Assembly: GCF_001194135.2 (NCBI RefSeq)
Contig: NC_069002.1
Location: forward strand, 2,783,416 to 2,847,415
Length of the DNA stretch: 64,000 nucleotides
Direction: 5' to 3'
Source: Octopus bimaculoides
Taxonomy: Eukaryota
Below the pieces are notes generated by a model, which was not told the DNA's origin, ran no database searches, and saw only the letters and a list, made by a program, of their open reading frames with translations. The translations under genes and the position numbers were made by a program. Position 1 is the first letter of the stretch; the number at the start of each line of letters is the position of its first letter. Positions 11,845 through 23,501 of this stretch are shown here, piece by piece.

Positions 11845-13798
11845 AATATATTCCATTCTGCGACTCGTTCTCGAAAATTAAATTTACATTGCGCCTTTAT
11901 TACACAATACCTGTGAACATTCAGAAGTTCTTATTTCCTTGTCTCCACCCCTTGAAGGAATCAAATTCATCTCAAGATTATTTTCTGCTTGTATGTGATA
12001 ATGAAATACTTTAAATGTTGAAGAGCTTCGTCGTCATGAACTTCCTCTTATTTTATTTCTATATCCTGTTTTTATTTCTATATCTTTGTATGTCCTAGTC
12101 TCTCCCTTCATCAACTCCTCATTTGATCTTAATTGAGAGACATCGAGAAAATCGGAAGCGTGAACAAGTTGTTTGCTTTCAGTTTCTTAGTATATGATAT
12201 AGCCATTATTTGCGGCGTTGGTGTTGCTTTTATGGTGTGGAGAGCAATTTCTTGTTCTCAATACGATGTCAGTATGCTTCACAGTTTCGGTAGAGCTTTT
12301 AGTTAGTAATCGTCTTGACACTCTGTTGCTGCCATTATTCCAGATGTTGTTACTGCCTCTGCAGGTTGTTCATGTTTTTATATGAGTGATATGTACTCGC
12401 GCTCCAACTCAATGTCTACAACTTGGCGCGTTTTCCACTCGATTCAGGTTGACGAGGTATGTAGACAAATCATGTCGCCAGAGAGAGTACCTCCTTGCTC
12501 GAGGATTTTGTCGAAGGAATAGCAATGAGAAACGAAATTACATACCACTGTTTTGTAAATGCAAATAAGTATTGAGATATACTCTCGGCAAAGGAATTAG
12601 AAAGAGACCCTAACCTATAAATAGAAGCAAGTATGTTAAGATTTTAAGACTTAGGTTGAGGTAAGATTTTTTCATGCTTTTAGATTCGATAAAATAAAGT
12701 AACAGTGAAATATTGAGCTTCATATAATTGATTATATCTCGCTACACAAAATTCTGACTGTTATTTATATTACAAGTGTTCTTTTATTTATTGTGCCCTT
12801 ACTGCCTGGATGAACATTTATATTTTATTATTGTTTTTAATTTTACAGTAATATTTTCTTTTTTCCTGACTCTCTTAAATTGTAAATTAAATTACGTACG
12901 TAAGTTATGAAGGAATCTGTCATATACTTCACTTATTTCATGTTCATTTCCCAGGTATATATACGAACGCAGGTAATCTATTGGTAATTTGCACTTGGAG
13001 GCAATTTTTTTTTTACGATGGATAAATAAATAAATAAATAAATAAATAAACAGAAATATGTAGAAAGTAATGCATGCGTATGTATACGTGTGTGTGTGTG
13101 TGCGTGTATGCCCGTGTGTATGTATGTACACATATGTAAGTACACATATGTAAGTACACGTATGTGTATGGCCTTATAAAACTTTGTATATATAAATATN
13201 NNNNNNNNNNNNNNNNNNNNNNNNNNNNNNNNNNNNNNNNNNNNNNNNNNNNNNNNNNNNNNNNNNNNNNNNNNNNNNNNNNNNNNNNNNNNNNNNNNNN
13301 NNNNNNNNNNNNNNNNNNNNNNNNNNNNNNNNNNNNNNNNNNNNNNNNNNNNNNNNNNNNNNNNNNNNNNNNNNNNNNNNNNNNNNNNNNNNNNNNNNNN
13401 NNNNNNNNNNNNNNNNNNNNNNNNNNNNNNNNNNNNNNNNNNNNNNNNNNNNNNNNNNNNNNNNNNNNNNNNNNNNNNNNNNNNNNNNNNNNNNNNNNNN
13501 NNNNNNNNNNNNNNNNNNNNNNNNNNNNNNNNNNNNNNNNNNNNNNNNNNNNNNNNNNNNNNNNNNNNNNNNNNNNNNNNNNNNNNNNNNNNNNNNNNNN
13601 NNNNNNNNNNNNNNNNNNNNNNNNNNNNNNNNNNNNNNNNNNNNNNNNNNNNNNNNNNNNNNNNNNNNNNNNNNNNNNNNNNNNNNNNNNNNNNNNNNNN
13701 NNNNNNNNNNNNNNNNNNNNNNNNNNNNNNNNNNNNNNNNNNNNNNNNNNNNNNNNNNNNNNNNNNNNNNNNNNNNNNNNNNNNNNNNNNNNNNNNNN

Positions 13799-13844
<46 letters not shown>

Positions 13845-14332
13845 TGGATAAGAGATATGCAGTATTTTATTTATGTAGATATATTACGCCTATGTTAAAA
13901 ACAATTATTATAGCACCTGATATGACTTGCGCAATTATTGACTAATATCTGGTTTCAACATTTTTTTTTTTTATATATTTGTATATTTTTATATATTGTG
14001 CTTTCGTTTTATATAAGTCATCTACATATTGTATTGAAATATTTGTCAAACATTCCATATTGTAGAGAAATTAATCTTTGAAAAATTTCTTTGTGACGCA
14101 GAACTAGTGGAATATATCTGAATATATTTATATAATGTCTAGTTATTTGAACGGTATCTGAAATAGAATTTTGGTAAGTCATAAATATTCCATCAAAGGA
14201 TTTTCGTAATTTTTATTATCAATATAAAGTCCTAAATAAATATCGATGAATAAAATAATACTGAACACTATATAATTAACGTGTATATAGATGCGTGTTT
14301 ATATATATATACATATATAGATGTATATATAT

Positions 14333-14363
<31 letters not shown>

Positions 14364-14649
14364 NNNNNNNNNNNNNNNNNNNNNNNNNNNNNNNNNNNNN
14401 NNNNNNNNNNNNNNNNNNNNNNNNNNNNNNNNNNNNNNNNNNNNNNNNNNNNNNNNNNNNNNNNNNNNNNNNNNNNNNNNNNNNNNNNNNNNNNNNNNNN
14501 NNNNNNNNNNNNNNNNNNNNNNNNNNNNNNNNNNNNNNNNNNNNNNNNNNNNNNNNNNNNNNNNNNNNNNNNNNNNNNNNNNNNNNNNNNNNNNNNNNNN
14601 NNNNNNNNNNNNNNNNNNNNNNNNNNNNNNNNNNNNNNNNNNNNNNNNN

Positions 14650-14682
<33 letters not shown>

Positions 14683-14994
14683 ATGTATACATATATAAAT
14701 ATGTATATGTATATATATATATATATGTATATATATATGCAATTGTATATACATATATATGTGCGTTTATATATGTATGTATATTTATACATGTGTATGC
14801 GCGCGCGTGTGTATATGTGTGTGTTAATGTTTGTTTCAGCTTCCAGTGATGACAAAGGATAGTAATAAATATCGATTACCTGATATTTCATACAAACATA
14901 GAAATATGCCATTCATGTTTTCCACAGGTTGATTGCTGCTGGTGGTGCTTTGTTTCTTGCTGTTGTTGTTGTTGCTGTTGTTCATGAAGCGATT

Positions 14995-15062
14995 GTTGTT
15001 CTTTAGCCCCAGGTCAACATTGCTTTAGTAAATATACTATGAAATTCGTTCCAGTCATAATC
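14995..15062 (+). mobile_element. Repeat family D fragment (tagccccaggtca motif)
   Basis: Shares the (gtt)n-agccccaggtca motif with 35004-35039 (inverted) and 35322-35400. Confidence 0.5.
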
Positions 15063-15279
15063 TTGATCATTTTGACAATGTTTATATAATTTATCTAGAA
15101 ATATACTATAAAGTGTTTCGTTCATTTTAATGAATGCTTCAAATGATTTTCACGAAATTTAGCTCCTATTTCCAGCAAATCCAACAAACATTTAGACGAT
15201 CGTTCTCACTTTCGTCCATGGTATTTGCAAAATTTATTATGACTCGTATTTGACATTGACCTTATTGACCTATAAAGGG

Positions 15280-15480
15280 CCTCTGCGCTCAGGGACGACC
15301 ATGGCATTGCACCTAAAGAGTTACCCTCCGAGGCACAAGTTTTGGCAAGGTTGTCTAGGTGATGGAGGGCGGTTCTTAATCCTGAGGATCCATCAGGCTG
15401 GTTATCCAGTTCCTATTGCTCACAAGTGGCTGAGATCACATCTTGTGCAAAAGGGATGTACACGTTTCAGGTCAAGCAAC
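15280..15480. mobile_element. GC-richer island, probable interspersed repeat fragment
   Basis: Composition contrasts with the flanks and it resembles a cephalopod repeat as I recall it; single copy here, so unverified. Confidence 0.3.
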
Positions 15481-15520
15481 TTTTGAGGGGATGGAACAAA
15501 TTCATTACATAGCCTCACAT

Positions 15521-15675
15521 TCCCCACCCCATATTTGACAGGTATTTTATCGACTTCTCATGATAAAAGAAAAAAAACAAAACCAAAGACGTGATTTGAT
15601 CTTAGAAAGCAAAGTACCGGTAAAAGGGATACAAACATTTTGTCCGACGTGCTAACGGTCTTTCAGCGTGCCACG
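15521..15675 (-). mobile_element. SINE family B, degenerate
   Basis: ggtattttatcgac and acattttgtccgacgtgctaacggtctttcagc match the reverse complement of family B. Confidence 0.6.
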
Positions 15676-16109
15676 TTATTTCTAACGGCAGAGTCTCATT
15701 TCATGACCGTTTGGTTTTTATTTGTATCAAAGCAAGCAACTACGATTCTTATTTGTATTTATTTATTTTCAGCTATTAATATATANNNNNNNNNNTATAT
15801 TGCTAAGTGGTAAGTGTTGTCAAAGTGACTAAGTTTCCAACTGATTTATATCGATCTCAATAACTTACAAAATAATTATTAAAAAACAGCAAATGTCGCA
15901 GAAATCTGTAGCACATAAATTATGAGCTGCCATCACTGAATAAATATTATTGATTTCTGATGCCATAAAATTGGATGATTTGTACATAGATCTTACTGTA
16001 AACGATCCATCCACTGAAAGACCGGTGTTGCTGTTATTAATTATGTTTAGGCCTTGGTCAACAAGGAATGAGCAGGTGCGTTGGTCGATCTATCCTTCCA
16101 GATTCTGAA

Positions 16110-16325
16110 GGCGGCAAGCTGGAAGAAAGTTTAGCACGCCGAGCGAAATACTTAGCGGAATTTTGTCTGTCTTTACGTTCAGAGTTCAAATTCCGCCGAT
16201 GTTGACTTTGCCTTTCATCCTTTCGGAGTCGATATATTAAGTACCAGTTGTGTACTGAGGTCGATCTAATCGAGTGTCCCCCTCCCCCATTTATTTCACG
16301 GAGTCCCACAATTTTGTCCTCACAA
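16110..16325 (+). mobile_element. SINE family B, near full length
   Basis: ggcggcaagctggaagaaagtttagcacgccg...gagttcaaattccgccga.gttgactttgcctttcatcctttcgg...actgaggtcgatctaatcga. Confidence 0.92.
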
Positions 16326-16918
16326 TTGTGACGCTCATACACCAGACACTTCCAATCCTCTCGTTCAAAACTGGCAAGTTTTGGAGTTTTTTTCGTTTTC
16401 TTTTCTTTCCTGCGTTTTATCCTTCCCCATCTTTTCTCTTTCCTTCTTTATTTTTGTCTTCTTTTCTTTTGTTTCTGCTAACTTTTCAGACCATATAATC
16501 TATTGCGTCGTTGTTATTTGACCTCTAAGTATTGAGCAGAATACGATCTAAATGTCATTCAGATCTGGAGATCAAAAGAATAACTATCAAGTCTGCAACA
16601 GATTCAAGTGTGGGGGACCTCAAGACAAAAACAGAAGGAAAAAGGAAACTCAATGGAAAGAGAAAAGAAAAGACAAAGGCAAAAATCTGTTATTGCCCCC
16701 AACACAATGTGGTTATTGTTGCATGGTGCTGTGGAGACTACCGTTTGAATCCTGGTGTTGCAGATGCTGTTGTTTTTCTTGTCGTTAGCAGTGGCGGTGA
16801 AGATGGTGGTCGTTGTCGTCGTCGGGCCGGTCGTGGTGGCGATGGTGGTGTAGATATTATTGTTGTTTTTGTTCTTCTTAGAAACTTAGTTTATCATTCC
16901 TAATCAACATCTATCTAA

Positions 16919-17140
16919 GGCGGCGAGCTGGCAAAATCGTTAACATGCCGGATGAAACACTTAGCGGTATTCCATCTGTCTTTATGTTCTGAGTTCAAAT
17001 AACGCCGAAGTCGACTTTGCCTTTCATACTTTCGGGGTACCGGTAAATTAAGTACCGGTTGGATACTGGCGTCCATGTGATCGACTGTCCCCCCTCCCCA
17101 AAAAATCCAGGCCATGTGACTATGGTAGAAAGGATTATTA
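16919..17140 (+). mobile_element. SINE family B, full length
   Basis: ggcggcgagctggc head, gagttcaaat B-box, gtcgactttgcctttcat core, tail ending tagaaaggattatta. Confidence 0.92.
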
Positions 17141-17147
17141 ATCATCT

Positions 17148-17258
17148 ACAATTTCGTCCTTCATCAGGTTCTGAGTTCAAATTCCGCCGAGGTCAACTTT
17201 GCCTTCCTTCTTTTTTAGGACCGATAAAATATGTACCAGTTGAATACTGGGGTTGGGG
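17148..17258 (+). mobile_element. SINE family B, 5'-truncated copy in tandem with the previous one
   Basis: ttctgagttcaaattccgccgaggtcaactttgcc...gtaccagttgaatactgggg. Confidence 0.88.
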
Positions 17259-17530
17259 AATCGGTATAATATAAGTCAATTCTCTGTCTCAACTACATTA
17301 TCAGTGTTATTTGATCACCTTTTCAAAGTCGTTTCTACAGATAAGTCTATACAGATTAGAGCCAGCACCGATTTCTTACGACGTTTTGTATATGAAAACG
17401 TCTGATGTAAACGATTTAACTGAATATAAGAAAATATGCAATGGCTCCCTTTTCAGTTTGTAATATAGGAATTTAAATGTAATAAAATGTTTTAAAGGAA
17501 ATTTTAAATGCCTACCTGTTAACTAAACCT

Positions 17531-17549
17531 ACTTTTGGACCACCCTGTA
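17531..17549. mobile_element. Solo Tc1/mariner-type terminal inverted repeat end
   Basis: acttttggaccaccctg followed by TA; the reverse complement TA-CAGGGTGGTCCAAAAGT is a typical Tc1/mariner terminus; no partner end found. Confidence 0.5.
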
Positions 17550-17637
17550 TATATATATGAATATATATAAATTATAAATAAATTATTTACCACCAGTGGT
17601 CTAGCGAGAGTAAAAAAACAGTCAATAGACTATGTAT

Positions 17638-18101
17638 TATTCATTTAAAATGCATAGATGCCTATAATAGGACATCTACTCGCTAGAAATAGCAGCAAAA
17701 GACTACATACCACAAAAATTTATTAATAATGATAAAATTCTTTTTGGATAATTTTGTGAAAGAATTTCGGCACTTTTGTATTTCCTGCCGATTAGGTAAA
17801 CCGCAAATACGCGGTATATTTTGAAAAATTAGACATAGGAACACAAACCATGCTGCTTATTGACTCGTGCTTCATATGTTGTCTGGTCATTTCTGCTGAT
17901 GATAGTCCGACCTTGTAAGATATATAATTTTTATCTTACTAAAATTGACTTGAAACCATGGTACAGAATATAGATTGGTAAAAGTTTTTATTTTTCATTT
18001 CCTTTCGAAATTATCCCTAATTTTTGTGGTATGTAGTCTTTTGCTGCTATTTCTAGCGAGTAGATGTCCAATTATAGGCATCTCTGCATTTTATATGAAT
18101 A
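17638..18101. repeat. Foldback or MITE-like structure with 83-bp inverted arms
   Basis: 17638-17720 and 18019-18101 are reverse complements at 80 of 83 positions; TA at both outer ends. Confidence 0.9.
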
Positions 18102-18999
18102 TATATCTATATGTATATAAATATATATGCAGGTAGATATATATATAAGAAAATCTTGACTCAACATGGAAGAAATAATAGCAAAATATTCGAACCAAGC
18201 AAAGGGCATAGAGAAAGTGATATCTAAATTCCATCAATCCCCACTGCTACGAAAGGACTGCTCGGTCTGTGCCAAACATACTTTTTCCATAGTAAGTATG
18301 ATTGACCTAGGCCAAAATACAAGCACCACCAACAACATCACCACCGCCGCCTCCACCAACAGCAACACAACTAAAATCATTACGTCCGAAAAAAAAAGAA
18401 AACAATAACATAACGATGTAACGATGTAAAAGACATTTTATACGAAGCAATAACGATTCAACAGATTCGATCCGTTTTTAAATTCCAGCCATAACGCTTC
18501 CATTGTTTTTCTTCTAACGTTCATCTGAATAAGTAACTTCTTTTTGTTGTTTTTTTTAGTCTGATGGATAGTTAATGGCTCAATTTGTCTTGTTGAGAGA
18601 AAATAGCCAATTACTGGACATGTTAGATAGAGACAGGTATAAATTGTATGCGAAACTATTTATGCTATATTAGCGGGAACTGTCAATTTGTGTCCATCAT
18701 GCAATCATTTGTGAAAGCACTAAATCGCTGGTAATATATTTGCAAGTAAATATAGAATGCGTATGTTGGCTTGTATACAAATGTATATAAAATCTCTCAC
18801 ATACAATGGTAGACCATCGATGCAAGATAATGTGTGTGTGTGTTTATAAATAAATATATATATATATATATATATGGATAATGATGCAAACAAACAAATA
18901 AAACCGCTTGGGGTAGATATACAAAATATACATACATATATAGATGTAAATAAAGGGGAAGGTAAGACTCAAAATATTCAGACGATGAGCATACATATA

Positions 19000-19180
19000 G
19001 GCGCAGGAGTGGTTGTGTGGTAAGAAGCTTGGATGGATGGATGGATGAATTGATGGATGGATGGATGGATGGATGGATGGATGGATGGATGGATAGATGG
19101 ATGGATGGATTGATGGATGGATGGATGGATTGATGGATGGATGGATGGATGGATGGATGGAGTGCCCAACCATTGCGTTC
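19000..19180 (+). mobile_element. SINE family A head interrupted by (GGAT)n at 19031-19160
   Basis: ggcgcaggagtggttgtgtggtaagaagctt, then the array, then cccaaccattgcgttc resuming the family sequence. Confidence 0.8.
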
Positions 19181-20036
19181 ATATCCTCTTACCTTGTCAT
19201 ATTAACAAAACTTTTATTCAGAGCTACTTTATTGTGACACAGAACTGATGTAAAGAAATGCGCACTTTCTCATCCGGGTCAAATTAAGATGTGGGAAATA
19301 ACGAAAATTTTGGTTAGGATCCGAAAACGAAACGAAACAGCGAAATAAATGGACATCATAATAGTTTCGTTCAATTTCTTCTATTTTATCGAAGTTGTCG
19401 GAGCAAATAAATGTACATTGAATGGCATGTGCGGAACAGCAATGCATTTCTACATAATAAACTAAAGCACTGGGAGACTAGTATCTGTGATTGTTTGTGT
19501 GTATGTGTGTGTGTGTACATATAAAGAGAGACAGAGATAAGAAATATGGAGACAGAGAGAGATAGACATACATACACATATATGTATATATATACAAGTA
19601 CATATAATGTGTATAAGTACGTATGTATTGATGTATGCCTGTGTATATACACATATACACAGACATAGATACGAATGTATCAACGTATGCAAGTATGTAT
19701 ATACTAGAGTAACATAAATTTTATTGATTTCAAATGCTTTATTCAATTTGAAATCCATCAACAATACTAAACTTTTTATAACAGAAAACATTGAGAAAGT
19801 AAAATTGCTGATCATGAGCTTCAACTTTCTGCATAAGTAATTTCACTTTTAATAAAATCAACATTTTTCTATCCCAGATCAGGTTTATGTGTTCATTTCT
19901 CTGTATTTAGTCTTCAGCTGATTATTTTTCTCTGAATAACTTCATTCCTGTTTAATTGTAGTCGATATATTTTTTTGAAAATAACTGTTTTTGTGTTGTT
20001 TTTGTTTTCTTTCTAAATATGTACATTTCGTTTTTA

Positions 20037-20252
20037 GCGCGGTGAGCCAGCAGAATCGTGTGTACGCCCGGTTAAATTACTTAGCGCCATTTTGTCCGTC
20101 TTTGCGTTCTCATCTCAAATCCCGCCGGGGTTGTATTTACTTTTCATCTTTTTGATGTCGATAAAATAAATACCAGTCGCGTACTGGGATCGTTGTAATC
20201 GACTCACCCCCCTCCCAGGAATTTACTGGCATCGCGCCAAAATGTGAAACCA
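20037..20252 (+). mobile_element. SINE family B, diverged full length
   Basis: gcgcggtgagccagcagaatcg head and tgtcgataaaataaataccag...actgggatcgttgtaatcgact. Confidence 0.85.
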
Positions 20253-20854
20253 ATATGCAAGTCAATCCCATTGTTATAATTACTGCATCAGCAGAATTAC
20301 ATCGTTTCATATATAAATTTTTTGGCATAAACACAAATGCAGTTTGGCACCCATACAAGAATCTGTTTCTTCGTAAGTTTCTGAAAAAACAAATGCATAT
20401 TTTTTAATAAATTTTTGCAGAAATGTGGAATTTTAAATCTTTTGCTGACATAAGCAAAATAATTTTAAGGAATTTCGGATCATTCTTCATAACTCTCTTT
20501 CCAAGACATATTTCTAAATGACATTTTGCAGGAATTGGTTCCATACTGTATATATTACCCAATGTTGATATTTCGTGCGTAACAATTAAAATAAAGTGAA
20601 TGTCACAGGATTTGAGTTAGTAACAAATTCGGTGCCAGGACGGGAATAACGATCCGAAATCCCTATTTTTTCAGAAAACGTCTCATAGCAAAACTTCAAT
20701 TTGAAAATGTACACTTTTCAGAAATTCTGAGGAAGTGAATTAGCACATATTCAGAGTGTTTGGGCTAAATTTGACATTTTGTATAAAAGGACAATAAAAC
20801 ACAATATCCAATCCAAGCAGAAAACTAGTCGAGAAAAAAAAAACACCGACTAGT

Positions 20855-21316
20855 TTACAGGTGGGAGATAACAGTTTGCTCAAAATTGTTTCTCTCAGCT
20901 TCCACCTTCGCCTCAAGATGGCACCGGAACCTGGCGCATGCGTTCCTCCCTGTGTTCCGGAGAAGGTCTTCCAACACCTCCTTGACTTTGACCACCAGGT
21001 CTGCTTGTCTTTTCAGGCAAAGCGGTTGGTGTCTTTCTCAACTGTACCCCGCACATAATAGACAATGGGATTAAAATGGGAGGCTGGTGGAATCGTAGAA
21101 CTGCTCTCTCAACCACTTCTGATATTTCCAAAGGTATAGCAAGGAATAAAATCTTGATACCACGCATAAGGCCTTCCAGTTGCACACCTCTCCAGCCAGG
21201 GTTTGCTCACAGTCTCCAGCAGTTTCATCTAACCATCTGAACAGATCGCAAGACTCCGCTCAAAGATGTACGGTGGCATAACTTTATGTTCACTGAAGAC
21301 GCAACCAAAAACATTC
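20855..21316 (-). mobile_element. Tc1/mariner transposase relic (maT/DD37D-like), C-terminal catalytic half, with frameshifts and stops
   Basis: Minus-strand frames give NVFGCVFSEHKVMPPYIFE...LLETVSKPWLERCATGRPYAWYQD..., IPPASHFNPIVYYVRGTVEKDTNR (degenerate WPPNSPDxNPxDYYVWG), and LVVKVKEVLEDL..NACARFRCHLEAKVEAERNNFE. Confidence 0.85.
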
Positions 21317-22933
21317 AAAATTGTATATGTGAGTGTGTGTGTATATACATAAATAGAGGCGCTCCAATAATCGCGAAAACAAGTAAGAATAAACTAATAA
21401 ATAGCTCAATTTATTTTTAAATATTTTAATTATTAATTTATTAATTTAACCACTTCGCAGGCATGGAGTTAAGACAGTGACTGTCTGATATTCTACCATT
21501 ATTTGAATAGACAAACGTATTTCACATGCAGACACACACACACGCGCGCACACAGACATACTCAGATACATACGTACATTCATTCATGCATGCATACATG
21601 TATACATATAGAAAGACAGGCAAATATACATACTTCTTCTCATGAAAGATGCAGTTGTAAATTTCAAACTAATGAATTGTATCGGAAACTTACTTTTTTC
21701 TTTAAAATATTCACGAAACTTCTTAATAACCGTATCAAAAACTAATTAACAAACTATAATTAAGAAACTGTAATTGTTTATTCTCTCATGTCCAATTCAA
21801 TTCGAGGAAATTTTGTCGCTTTCACAAGAAAAGTTTCATTAAAAGTATAACATTCATTTTTTTATACTCTTTCACATGTTAAAATATTTAAAACTCATTA
21901 TGATAATAGGAACAAATTTAAAACTGTAAGGCTTTTCTTTAAAATATCTATTAACCGTTGGACATGCTAATGAAACATTCATTTGAATAATTAATTATAT
22001 TGATTTTTCATTTTTCTCTACTATTACTAACCACTACAAAATAATACTCAACCAAATTCGTTTTAATAGATAAGGTTTTATCCCATCGAGTGTGTATTAA
22101 ACTTCTGGTCGGATGTACGATCATGCCCGACGACCAGAAAGAAAGAAATTGTATTTTAATAAGACGTTTTCTTGTGTGTGTTTTTTTTTCATGTTTAATA
22201 CATGCTAAGACTTAGTTGTTGACGCCATAAGCGCTAATTCAGTTTACAGACTAGTGCGAAAAAATTAAATTCATAGATACTTGTAGATCACCTCCGGAAC
22301 TTAAATAAAATTTTAATTTAACGATGCTGAATCTGTACGTTTATGTATTATATAAAAATTATCTCGGCTTATATAATACGAGCATGATGAATATTAAAAT
22401 TAATTTATTCCATGAAACCGAGGTAATTACCAAAGCTTTACATAATTGGTAAATTTAACAAACTAATTTCAACATCCACAAGTAAACGTGCATATTTCTC
22501 CTTATTTTAAAGAAATATATTTTTATTTTCCAGGTGACAAGTAATGGTGTTTGGTTAATTTCGTTTAACAGCAGATGTACAGTTTACATTTTTCCAATAT
22601 CATGCTTGTTGTTTATTTTGTTTGATAGCAATTCTCTGTAGAAAATTTAAAACCCAAAATACATTTTTTTCCATTGAATTATAAGTTGAAATTTATTGGC
22701 TCATCAATCATAAAATAAGAGTTTCTTTTATATTTAATCTAGTTTTTCATTAATTTCTATTTAAACTTGTCTGCGTCGATGATTGATTTGTGATATTGTA
22801 TTTTCGGTTTAAATTCTAAGTGTCATCTGTATAAATAAAAAGAAAAGAAATGATAAAACTGTTTATATGTGACCTCCGGAGATAATGTGATAATACAGGA
22901 AATGTAGAACAGATGCAAGGTCAATGTGCGTGA

Positions 22934-22966
<33 letters not shown>

Positions 22967-23344
22967 TGTGTGTGTGTGGGGGGGGGGATATTATAGGTCC
23001 ACTCACGCGTGCACACATATATTATATTAGCGTGTTGCATTGAATGCATACAGTTCGCCGCCTTAAATCTTTATAGAGATCTGTGTAAATAAAATTATGT
23101 ATCGGAGATGGAAAAAATAAAACTAAGAATCGCTCAGTCAGCCATTGAGAAGACCTGGATTTTGGCTTTCTCATGCCCTGTGTATGACGGATATTTGCAG
23201 TCACACAACTTTCCTATTAAAGGAATTATTTTTTCAAAGGTTAACCGCAGTATTTTGCCCGTCAACAGTGTATATACATTAATTGTGATATATAGATGGA
23301 TATAGATACATACAGACAAATAGAAAGAATAGACAGAGAGGCAC

Positions 23345-23345
<1 letters not shown>

Positions 23346-23441
<96 letters not shown>

Positions 23442-23446
23442 CAGAC

Positions 23447-23500
<54 letters not shown>
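23346..23500. repeat. (GATA)n microsatellite
   Basis: Seen directly. Confidence 0.95.

Positions 23501-23501
<1 letters not shown>

Noticed and set aside
18166-18408. ORF MEEIIAKYSNQ... with a gtaagt donor at 18292
   Set aside because: No recognisable homology, no good upstream acceptor, and it ends in low-complexity sequence; gtaagt occurs about 16 times on this strand
19726-19755. 10-bp AT-rich hairpin
   Set aside because: Several such stems are expected by chance in 64 kb of AT-rich DNA
20822-20856. 10-bp stem next to the transposase stop, terminator-like
   Set aside because: Intrinsic terminators are not expected for a eukaryotic Pol II unit, and the stem length is near chance
22103-22139. 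9-bp inverted repeat ttctggtcg/cgaccagaa
   Set aside because: Near chance; possibly a Tc1-type end fragment, but no supporting element
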